Source: Azolla caroliniana (Eukaryota > Plantae > Polypodiophyta). Taken from it: DNA of 64,000 nucleotides. The stretch is from positions 7,190-71,189 of the forward strand of contig JBHGNT010000131.1 in NCBI GenBank assembly GCA_043228905.1, in the 5' to 3' direction. This document shows positions 9,458-21,400 of this stretch, one piece after another. Position 1 is the first letter of the stretch, and each line of letters begins with the position of its first letter. The notes below the pieces were generated by a model. That model worked only from the letters and a program-made list of their open reading frames with translations, was not told the origin of the DNA and made no database searches. The translations under genes were made by a program, and so were the position numbers.

Positions 9458-12400
9458 ATGGCGCCTCCACGAGGCCCCGTGTTTTCGCAGGTGCTCTCCT
9501 CTTGTTCTTGTTCTCGTTGTTCTTAATTTTTCTTTCCTGATCATGGTGATGGCAATTGCGATGGTGATGGTAATGGTATACCGATAATGCTGGACTTTGT
9601 TGGCATAGAAAATATGTCGTTCGTTGTTGTTGCCTCTGTTCTGATGGTGTAACAAAAGAATGGATGCTGTTAAAACTTTAAAGCATGTGAAAAATCTTCA
9701 AGAAAACGGTTGAAGTCGGAAAAAATAAATACCTTCGTTAAGGCAAAATGTATGATGAAAGACTGTTAAGCATAAGAATTTTTTTCAAGAATGAGGTGAA
9801 ATCGGAGAGAGGAACGACCTCATAATGGCAAAGCCTGTAATGAAAAAGGCAGTGAAACATAAGAAATATCTTTTAAGGAATACTTGCTGATTCCAATTGG
9901 AATCTGGGAAAGCTATGTATTCTTCATACAGTAAAAACAGAACACTATGATAAAGACTGCATTTATGTATTACATGCTTTTTTTGAAGAAAGAGTTGAAA
10001 TTGAAAAAAAGAAAAGTCTTTGTTTGGTAAAACTTGTGATAAGAGACCGTTGAACACAAGAAAATCCTTGGTTAATCCAGATGAAATCTGGAGAATGATC
10101 ATCCTCTTCATAAGGTAAACAAACATGCCAGGATAACGAGGGTATGTTGTTAGCATAGAATGTTTCCTCAAGAAAATACTCAGTAGGATTGTCTTCAAAG
10201 GGAAAACACAATGTTGTGATAAAGGTGGTAAGATGTTTCATGAATATTTCGTCAAGAAAGAGCTGGATCTTCGTTCGGAAAAGAGTTAAGACGTTTTAAT
10301 GGAAACGTTGCATTTTGTTATTGTAGAAAGGCATGGTTAATCCAGTTGAAATCTTGACAAGGAATATGTTGGTGTTACATAAAGCAAAGTGATGTTATAA
10401 CAAAGACCAGATGCACCTCCCATATGAAAATTTTTCAATTAAATTTTCATTAATCCATTTGAAATCATCATAAGCATTCCTCTCAGCCCTTTGAAAGGTT
10501 GAACATATCTTGATCATTAACCATAATCATATATATAGCATCAAATTGGAATGTGTATCCAAGTAGCAAGTCCTATTAATGTGTCATTTTGAAAGGTTGA
10601 ACATATCGAGATCATTAACTATAACCATATCTAGCATCTAAATTGGAATATGTATCCGATTGACAATTGCCACCAACTTAACGACAAGCGATGTAAATTT
10701 TGCATTCTTTTTTTCATGTTTAGGTATTGAAATGAGGATGATTCTTGACCCATCACAAATGTTGCAACCAAAAACATCATGAAACATGCCTCCACTTGAA
10801 GTCCTATCAAGAATGAGTCTAGTACGATTAAATATGATATGATGAAAATCATTGCTAAAAAATCGACAGTCAATTTGTTTTCCTGTTAAAAAAATTTCGT
10901 TAAAGAATATGCATATTTCTTGTTTAATTCTAAATGTTTTTACTCTTATCTTGTTTAATTTAACAATCTATATCTTGTTTGCTTTCTTTAGGGTCAGACC
11001 TGGCTTCCACAATGGCTTTCTTTCTCTCCTCTCCATCCATGCGACACTCCTTCAATGTTTGCTTCATATGGAAAGGTATTCAAATTAACTATAGATTTTT
11101 TTTTTTTGTTTTTAGTTGTTCTGGTTAGTAAGCGTGCTTTATTTATTGTGCACATCAGAACGAAATGCAAGTATATGATTTGATCCAAATGGGTATTATG
11201 TGTATCAAGGAATTCCTATTGAAAAGCATGTCACAACATAAATTAGCACACATAAAAGTAATTAAGATAAAAAAGAGACTAAAGAATCTTGTTATCAGCA
11301 CACGTAAGATTCTCATGTCAGATATATTGTGACTTTTGACTTCGAAAGATCTCTAGCATAGGTTGATCCAAATGGAGAGGTCTTCGATGCGAGGGAAGCA
11401 CCTACGATGGTGGGATATAATGGCCTTATTTTTCGATGACAAGGGTGGTCAGATCGTGGTCTATGGGGCTGGGGCCTACACGCATGGTGAATTGCTATTG
11501 CCTGATCTATTGTAACCCCGCTGTTATGTCATGGTTGGGAGCGCATTTGTGTAGTCCTTGATTGACTTGTAGCATTAGTAGGAGTGATGGGGCGAAAGAA
11601 AGAAGTGATTGTTTTTTGTGGATGAGCTTGTGTGGTTGTACTGTTGTCCTTCGACAACTTTTTCCCGTGTCTCTTGAGTTCTAGCAAGAAAAGTTCTAGG
11701 TATTGACAACTGTTGATCCTTGTATTCCATTGCCTTGTGTAGTAGGCAAAAGCCTTGTTTAAAGAGGCAATGGTATCTCCCTCTTATTTCATAAATGACA
11801 CTACAATGAATTGGCAAATTCTTTCTTCTATAGGTATTTGTGCATATCTGTCTACCTCAATCTCTAACTGATGTGATGAAGTACGCAGCTGCCCTATCAC
11901 ACAACACATTGTGCAGGATAGGTGTATGTCCTTATAAGCTGGCCCGATGATGAATCCATTCGCCAATGTGTGTAAAAAGTGTCTTGTAGTGGGCCATCTT
12001 CGTACCAAGTGATATTTTGGGGCTGATTCATGTTATCTTGTTTTCGAAGTTAATAATATAATTTCGAATCACTCTATTTTTTTCCACTTTGGTCATGTTT
12101 AGATGGGGATAGTCTAAGCTATATTGGAACGGGGGTAGTGCGTTTATGCTTATGCCATGTGACTCGAACCATTGCTGCATTTCCGCATACCAACCATGAA
12201 TGTTTTTATGTTCAGTCAGTTTTCTTGATAACATAAGTGCCAACCTTGAGTACCTTCTTTTAGGAAGCTCCCAAAGACGTTGGATATAGGTAAAAGAATG
12301 TATAGGTCTGTATGGTACATTGGATAAAAGAATAGAAAGAAGCTCAGAAACGGATTCTGACTTAAGCCATACTATGGCAAACTGCAGGCTAATCCGATTG

Positions 12401-15400
12401 TCCAGGAAGAGGCAGTACGAGGGAAGCATGATGAAACAAAAATGGATATATGAATATAATGATCACAGTTTAAATATGGCAAGACCAAATAAATCTTGAG
12501 AAAGAAAATATGATCAATGAATTGCCCTCACTTATTGATGATATAATTGTGTGTTTTAACATTCAAACCTGAAAATCTCTTATGCTTAGATACATGGGTA
12601 TGTCAATATGTTAATTAGAATTAAAATATATAGTGTTAAATTGTTGCTGGTATGTAGGATTCTGAGATATCAAGCTTCAATGGTGCTGCAAATGCAGTGT
12701 TACCGTCTGGCTTTAAAGACATTGCTAACCAGTCATTTCCCTGCTTAAATCTTTCTGATGATGGATCAACTGATCCAGAGTGCAACACAGGCATAGAGGT
12801 AATGCTCGTTTTCTTTGTTTGCTGCTTGGTTGGGTTTCCCATATTATTGTCATTGTTAAAGTTAGTATTTTTCCATTTGGATGTTTCTCCTCCTCAATAA
12901 CAGTCCTAGGTGCAACCATTCTATGTGTGCTAGAGCTCCTTCCAAATCTAAATGCTAGTTCTTATCTCCTTTTTGTGTCATTACATGATTGAGCTTATTA
13001 TACTCTCCGATGGTGGTTGATCAAACCCATTGAAGACGATCATCAACGATCATGATACTACACTTACTGAGCTTTAAGTGTAATACAAGCCAATGCGGAG
13101 TACAAAATATGTAGATTCTACACAAGTCTAAAATGCATCAGTTACTATCTTTGGTTCATTTGCGAAGTGGAAATTTACAGATGGTCCTAAAGTGTCTTTT
13201 TCTCTATTGTTTGCCATATTACTATTTCCTGGATGCACTGGTTAAGAAAGATCTTTGTTCCTGATTGTTGTTTATCAAGCAGCACAACTTGTTTCCCTCT
13301 TCCACTTGCAAAAAGTTGGGATAGCCATTCCTGCTCCTAGGGCACTATTGAACAAATGATTGTAGGAAGTAAAGGCCCAATGCCTACTCACTTAAATCCA
13401 GAGAAGAACAATCCGAATACGTGAGAATGTGAACTCGTAGTCAAGAAATTGAGACCTTGTACCATCAAATTTTGCAGGTAGGCTAAACTTGGGTGGTTCT
13501 TTAATAAACCCTTCATCTCTTGTCAAATGTTGTTGCAAAGCCACCAACGCCGACTCTAATTATTGTATGCATCGTGTGAACTCATCATGTTATTTTTCCA
13601 CAGTCACCTTTGGAGATCCTGTTACAGGCATGACCATATAATATCCCGTGGTTAGATTGTATTGTAGTATTCTTTACACTCTCATTTAACTCTCACACTT
13701 TATCCACATGTATAGAATACTACGATACAATCTTACCACAGGATATTATATGGTCATTCTTGTAACAGATCCGCAAGCAATCATTGATTCTCCATCTCAA
13801 GTGCCACAAATTTGGGTTTAAAGCTTTCCAATGCAGGGACAACAATGATAAAATCTTGCTGGCTATCAACAGCCATAGCTATATAAGGCTTAGAAAGTGG
13901 CTAAGGAAAGGGGAAGTCTGGTTCAAACTGTCAGAATTGAAACAAGATAGTGATAGAAAGAGCAAGAGAAAGAGTGAGGGATGATAGAGATAGACGAGAT
14001 ATCAATGGATAGAGTGAGCGAGAGAGAGTAACTATGAAAGGAAATATGTATTAAGATAAAGGGAGCTTACTTGGAGGACTCGAGATTGGTGTTGAACCGA
14101 AATGGTTCGACAAGAGTGAGGGGCCTTCATTATATAGTGGGTCATGGAGCATTCTAGGGTTTCTAGAATGTCGTGGGATGTTCTAGGAAGGTCTAGGAAG
14201 TTTTAGAATGTTCTTGGAAATTATACCAATTATGATATTATATTACTATATAATAAATATATGTATCGGATAGCTTAATAGTTAGGTCCTTGGCATATAT
14301 ACACATAGGTTACAAGTTCAAACCTTGCCATCACAGAACCTTTCAAGCACTTTTTCAAAGTAGTTTCTCGGGACAGATAAAGTAGCTGATGTTGCCTATC
14401 TCTATTTATCCTCATACCCAAGATATGTTTAGTTGGGCCTAAAGCTTACATGGAAAAGGTTGTTTTTAGCTGGTCATTAAGTGAATTTAGAGTACCTTTT
14501 TATATAACAACAATAAGCATATCATCTACATATAGCACTGAAATGATGTGGTGCCATCGACATCCCTTTTTGGGTAAAGAGAATGGTCTACATGGCTCCT
14601 TTTAATCCACTTAATACCTTAAAAGCATCAAACATTTTGTACCAGTGTCTAGGAGTTTGTTTCAGCCCATATGGACTCCTCTCGACTTTGCATATTGAAT
14701 ATATCAGGGATTGCAAACCATTTGGCAGTTTTATATATAACTCTTCGTCAATGCCACCATGTATGAAAGCAGTTTTACACCCATTTGGTAAAGCTCCAAC
14801 TTAAGAGCTGTAGCAAGAGCAAACAAGGTTCACAAGTGGTCATTTTGATTACAGGGGAGAATACCTCTTGAAAGTCAACTCCATTTACTTGTAAATAGTC
14901 CTTTGCAACTAGGCTTGCTTTGTATGTGGGCTTTCCATCCACACTCTTGATTTTGTAGCCACCTCTTAGGAATGGTATTCTTATGTTTGGGCAATTCGAC
15001 TAACTCCCAAGTATCCTTTCAACTAAGTTCATGCAAAACTTTTATTTCTTACATTGCAAGCTCCCACTTGCTCTTTTGCCCACATAATCCAGCCTCTTTT
15101 GATGTAGGAGCCCCACCCCCATTAGTCAACATAAAGTATGACAACGAGGGCACGTATCTCAAAAAAGCCGTCCTTAATCTAGTATATCTTCTTACCCAAT
15201 TATTCCAAATATGCATGAATAGTCATATGAGGTTGATTTGCCAGACCAAACATCTTATGGATGCCAGCTTTCAATACAGTGTAAGGGGATGTATTCTATG
15301 CATGTACTGCAGTTTTCATAGTCTATTTCCAGAAGCCAGAAGGGAGATTAGCTGTAGATAACTTGCACCTCACACTTCATTGTGTCCTATCATATCTTTC

Positions 15401-18400
15401 AGCCTATCCCCAGAAGCCAGAAGGGAGATTAGCTATAGATAATTGCATCTCACACTTCATTGTGCCCGGTCATAACTTTCACCCAGGCCATAAGAAGAGG
15501 AACTGCATGGTGCTGCTACCTCCCTCTTTATACCATTGAACTCACAAAATCTTCTAAATTCAATGCCTGTGAACTCACCCCCATTGTCCTTATTTAGGCA
15601 TTTTAGCCTTATACGAGTTTGGGTGATTATGAGGCACAAAAAGTTTTCGATGCAGCAAAGGCTTCATCTTTGCTTTTCAGCAAATAAACCCAAATTCTCC
15701 TCGAACAATCCTCAACAAAATAAACAAAATGCAATGCTCCCCCCCCGTTTAATCTTCTAAATTCAATGCCTGTGAACTCACCCCCATTGTCCTTATTTAG
15801 GCATTTTAGCCTTATACGAGTTTGGGTGATTATGAGGCACAAAAAGTTTTCGGTGCAGCAAAGGCTTCATCTTTGCTTTTCAGCAAATAAACCCAAATTC
15901 TCCTTGAACAATCCTCAACAAAATAAACAAAATGCAATGCTCCCCCCCCTTTTATTGGCCTTCAATTCATGAGATAGCTCTTCAATGACCATATTAGCGA
16001 ACAAAATGGCCTTCTCACTCCCATTTGGGCTCTTTGTAACATCAGAATTTCTCTTTTTCATCCTCGGCATTGGCATTCTTCCTATGTTCAAGTTCTTTCT
16101 TAAAGTACCTACAATCAGGCTTCTTGTGGTCCGTTAGCATGTAACATTGGATTTGTCTCAGCTCTTTCTATATTTTCTCTGCTTTGCATTTGATTTTGTG
16201 TTTTTGCTTCCACAAACAACATTAGCAGACCCACTACTCTCACCATTGAGCTTCCTTCATACCTCTTCATTCAAGATACAGCCTTTAGCCCCATTCAACA
16301 TAAGGTTGGGGTTATTAGACAATTTGTGCTTTAAGTTTTTTTTGATCCCATACAGTGATTTAAGATCACTTGTAGTGTTTGCCCATTTTTACCCAAAATT
16401 AAACTCGGAGATCAAGTCAATTGGTTTCTGAAATTTTATAACTGTAATTGGAAAAATTGCTATTAAGTAAAAACCACCACCTGAGAAGATCGTAGGCATC
16501 AAGGGAATTATGTCGGACAAATTTGAATTAAATCTGCATATACTATTGTAATGGAGTTTTCCTGGAAACAAGAAGTATTCGAGGGATTCCTCCCATTTTG
16601 GACCTGTTCTCAGGATGAAATTTTTCAAAGAAGCTTAAAGTGCTTGGGGAACAGAGTCAGCAGCAACACTCTTTCATTTTTTGCAATTTTATACCAGTTA
16701 AAAGGAGACCAGAGGTTTATTTTGGTACCAGCTGTTGAACAAGAGATAAGATAGCTGAGGTGCAGATAAAACATAGCAGCAGAGGTTTGTTTTGGTACTT
16801 GCTGTGTGTAATGGTGGACGTGAAGAAGTGACAGGAGAGATAAAATAGGTGAGGTACAGAGAAAACTGTGAAGAAAGAAAGATATATTAATGTCTTTTAA
16901 CAGGCCAAAATGGCCTTTAGGACCAAACAAGAGATTAAATCTTAAGTGTTGTCTCGTCTTTGAGAACAACAAATCAAAATAGAATAAGTATTACTCAGTA
17001 AATATAAAAGTAAATAATATAAAAACAGACGAGGGAATCTGGTTTTCGGCACATGTGAGATTCTCAAGTTAGATATATTGTAACTTTTCCCTTGGAAAGA
17101 TCTCTAGCATAGGTCGATCCAGAATGGAGAGGTCTCCGAGGTGAGGGAAGCACCTGTGATGGCGGGAGATAATGGCCTTTATTTGTTGATGACAAGGGTG
17201 CTGCGGTTGTGGCCCATGGGGCGGGGGCCTATGTGCACGACAAATTGCTATTGCCTGAGAAGAACGCATAGGTTTTTGGTGTCCTTAATAGTGTGTTTCG
17301 AAGAGCAAAAGTATATAGTTTTATTAGATTGTGATTAATGCACGTGAGCCAGTTCGTACTGGCCAAGTGACCCAAATATGTCCTAAAAGCTCATAAGAGA
17401 GCTATAGTGTCAAACGGGCCTTCACAAAGGTACAAATTGAGACCTTTATGCCCAACAAACTTGGATTCATCAAATGTACTTAAGCTAAAGTTTGATTAAA
17501 AACTACAGTGATTTGCTAGATTAATTATGCATCATAGGAACAATAATCCTCTTGAAATGATGTAGGAATGCAAATGTTATTGTTTTCAGGATCACACTCT
17601 GGAAACGTATAATGAAGATGCACAGGCATATGCAAAATCTAAGGTATGTGGTTTCCTTAAGATTTTATTATGGTTGCAGTGCTTTTATGGAAATCTAAAG
17701 TTCATTATTACTATTGTTGTGTAGCTATGTGGGTGTAGCTGAATGCTATACTTTGCTATAAAACGTGAAGCATACTCTCTTACATGCCTGATTCCTGATA
17801 TTCCTGCGTTTTGCAGGATTTTTCATTGGTTCTTAATCTTTCTCAAACACAGACTGCAGATTTTGATTTAAATTGTGAGACGGCTATGGTAGAAGAAATG
17901 ATAAATGCTGACAATGGCTCTACCCCTTATGCGAATCCAGGAACGAGTAAAAATTGCAAGTCTCAAAGGGCTCCCCATGTTGAGAAATCTATCTTTGTAC
18001 CAAAGGCGTCTCGTACATTGGAACGTACAAGCTCACCATCAATTCAATCTTCAAGTACTACTTTTTCTTGATAGCCTTTTCTTACTGAAGCTACTTTGAA
18101 AGGATATTTGTCTAAAACTTGAGGCTCATTAAAATCTTAAAGAAGAGAATTTGGCCTCACATGTACTTTCCAGGAAATTTTGTTCATTATGCTAACAATG
18201 TCTAAAATCCATGTCATACCAGTTTCTCCCAGTCAACATTCCCAATCACATTCAAAGAGGGCAGCAGAGCTGAATATACCTGTAAAAGGGAAAAAAACCA
18301 AGGTGAGGAAGCTCAAGCATTTCAATGAAGATTTTCAGGCAGCAATCAGGCTTACTGTGGCGTCAGCAGAGACATTAGTTGTTGCAGACATTATGAATGA

Positions 18401-21400
18401 ATGCCAAGTTTGCCAGAATTTGGAACCAAAATCAATTATCGATGCTGCTTTGGCACTTAAAAGAGGAAGGGAAACCTCTGGGCTTGATAGTTTCACATTG
18501 GAGCTTCTATCTTATGATAAGTTATGCAACTTGAATTGGGATAATGAACTTGATGACGTGGCTTTACAAGATGACTATATCTCTGATTTGAGAATTTGCT
18601 CTCAAGATGAAGGTAAGCATAATGACAATTGCGAGGAAATAAAAGAGAGTCCCAAAGAAACTGAATTAAACTCAGGAACAACTGCAAACGTAGCTGAGAT
18701 TATATCAGGTAGAGTATTTGATAATAGAAACATATCCTTTCATTCACACTTCGTTGATTTACAATTTTTTGCTGATTCTACAGAAATCATGAGAACCTCT
18801 GACCCTCTCAAAAATGACACAGCAGAATGTGATGATAGAACACATTCACAAGATGGCGATGTTATAGAGGAACATCATCATACTAGGCAGGTACAGAATG
18901 AAGGAGTATTGCTTCCTGGGTTCAATATGGAGCCCGCTTCACATCAACATAGGCATCTACCAATGAGTGCTAAGGGTACTTATACCAGTCGTTGGTTTGG
19001 AGGCTGGATGACCATGGTAAGGCCAACTTTGATAATGCTTTAATTTATTTCCAGCAACTTAATTTTTACTCATCTGATGTAAGCATGGATCTCTCAGGAC
19101 AGTAAACTAGAGAACAAGCTTCAATCAAAGAAAGCAGATGAGAAGCATAATAAGCATCTTGAATCTGCAACAAGCGACTTGTCTGAACCGTGTGATTTGG
19201 CTCCTCACACTCAAAATCGATGGAGGCATTTATCAAAAACGAACTGTAAAGGCCCACTTATCTGTGTGCCCCAGATACTAAATGAAACAGATAAACCTTG
19301 CATGGTTACTGCTGGATCTTGTGCTGAGATTTTAGTGACTTCATCTCAGGCATCAGTTAAATGCTCCTTGCAAGAACCACTCTGCTCCTTTGTTCCCTGT
19401 AGCATAAACGCAAAACAGATGCCTCAATTGACTGTTATGGCCAAAGATAATGACCATCAATCAAATATTGACACTGATTGCTTTGGAACCACTACAGGCT
19501 GCCCATTGAAGCATTCAGAATTTATCTTACAGGACCGGGGGCTTGGTAAATCTCAGGAGAACAAGCAGTATCCACCTGAATTCTCATCACGTAATGGTGT
19601 TACGAGGATATATTCAAGCTCGTTGAAGAGCTATAGTACAAATCATACATCACCTCTTTTTGAGGCTGGTTTGTTGGCTAATGAGAAACCTCATTCTGAT
19701 AAAATACTAGATGAAAAAAGAATAACTTGTTTGCAAAGTAAACAAATTGACAACAATATTGACATGGGCTGTATAGTGAGAGATTCTGACAGAAGTCTAG
19801 ATGAGCAGTGTAGATTTATCTTGCAAGAGTCAACCATGCCGGATTCTCCTCTTACGTGGCATCGTGGAAAAAGGCGTAGATTAAGGGCTTACCGAATGGT
19901 TGAAAGTGCTTTAACACAGGATACATGTGAGGATGCCATTTATGATTGCTTGGCTGACGATGTCCGTATTGATGAGGAAGTGTCTCAAAAAGCTGCAAAA
20001 TCAACTATCAACTCTATTGTAGGAATGGTAAAAGTGCAAAGAACCGGAATTTTAGGGGACAATCCTCAAAATTCAAGTGTAGCTTTACCTAAACTACATA
20101 AAGGTTGATTAATCTCTGCAATCTAGTTTGTATATATCAGACATGTCTCGTAATAAAATAACCTTTTCTTTATGTTAATGATATTTGTTTTTGAAATAAC
20201 AGAAAATAGTGTGCTGATAAATGACCGTAGAGATATTGAAAATCTAGAAAACTGCAAGGCTGAAGTTGACAGACATGGACAAAGAGAGACAAGTGGCATG
20301 AATAGCTGTCTCTTTCAGGGATTAAATTTTCTTATTACTGGATTTCCTGATAATCACAAGCCAGTTTGTGAGGAAATCTGTAGGAAAATTCAACTGCATG
20401 GAGGAACATTGCTCTCAACTGTTCCGGTATTTTCAAGTTTAGATTCTCAAAAAGCTCCTGAAATAAATCAAGGAAATACTCCACGTTGTATTGTTATAGC
20501 ACCACAGAAGGTCTAGTCTAAATAAATCCTGAAATTAGTTCTAATTTATTTGTTGTTTCCTTGAAATGACTCTGCCATTGCTTTTCAGGTTCGTACGTTG
20601 AAGTACCTTTATGGCTGTTCTGTGGGTTCACTTTTTGTGAGACCAAGCTGGATAGATGAATGCATTTCCAGAAATGGCATGCCTTCTCTAAGTAGGTAAG
20701 CTCTGTGGCAATAAAAACTTAAGATGGCTTGTTTTATGTTCTGTCCTGAGCTGATATTCTGCATGGTAGTTTTGCTGATCATACTATACATTTAAAATTA
20801 CGCAAGTCATGGTTAAGTGTTTACAGAATGTTTGCTAACAGCAATATTGATGATGATGTGTGTTCCAAACTTTGATGCTTTAGCTAAAATTCTGCCATAG
20901 TATTTTATTTGATTATATAATGATGTATTATTTGATGGTCAAATGTTTACATAATTTGACAGCATATATGGAATACAATAATGGTTCTGTTTTGAAGTAG
21001 TTGTTCCTTTATGATGTAGCACAAAAGAGAAAACTTCACAGAATCAGATTGTTTTCAAGGCTGGAAGAAGCAAAGAACTTATTTTCAGTAGGATTGAAGC
21101 ATTTATACATGGACGACATGGCTACTGCACGAAATTATCACTTTTAATTCAGGCAAGCATGAGCATCTTAATAATATGGCATTAATCTTTCCTTTCTCAT
21201 TTTTTGGCTAATTTACTTATTTAGATTAATAACAGCACGGGGGAGGGCGATTGTTTCAAAGTTTGAAGCACTTGGTACAAGAGAAAAAGAGAAAGAAAGG
21301 TGTAACACAGATTGTAATAGCAGAGCACCAAAGTAAATTACCTGGAGGATTACAAAAGACTGCAGGAAGATTTGGAGTATCCATTGTGGTCTGTTTCCTA

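Noticed and set aside
9129-10241. ORFs around exon 1 and intron 1
   Set aside because: Low-complexity UTR/intron translations with no conserved motif.
20963-21019. Upstream acceptor for BRCT exon 10
   Set aside because: It gives an in-frame stop. The acceptor at 21019 fits the phase, though a missed micro-exon cannot be excluded.
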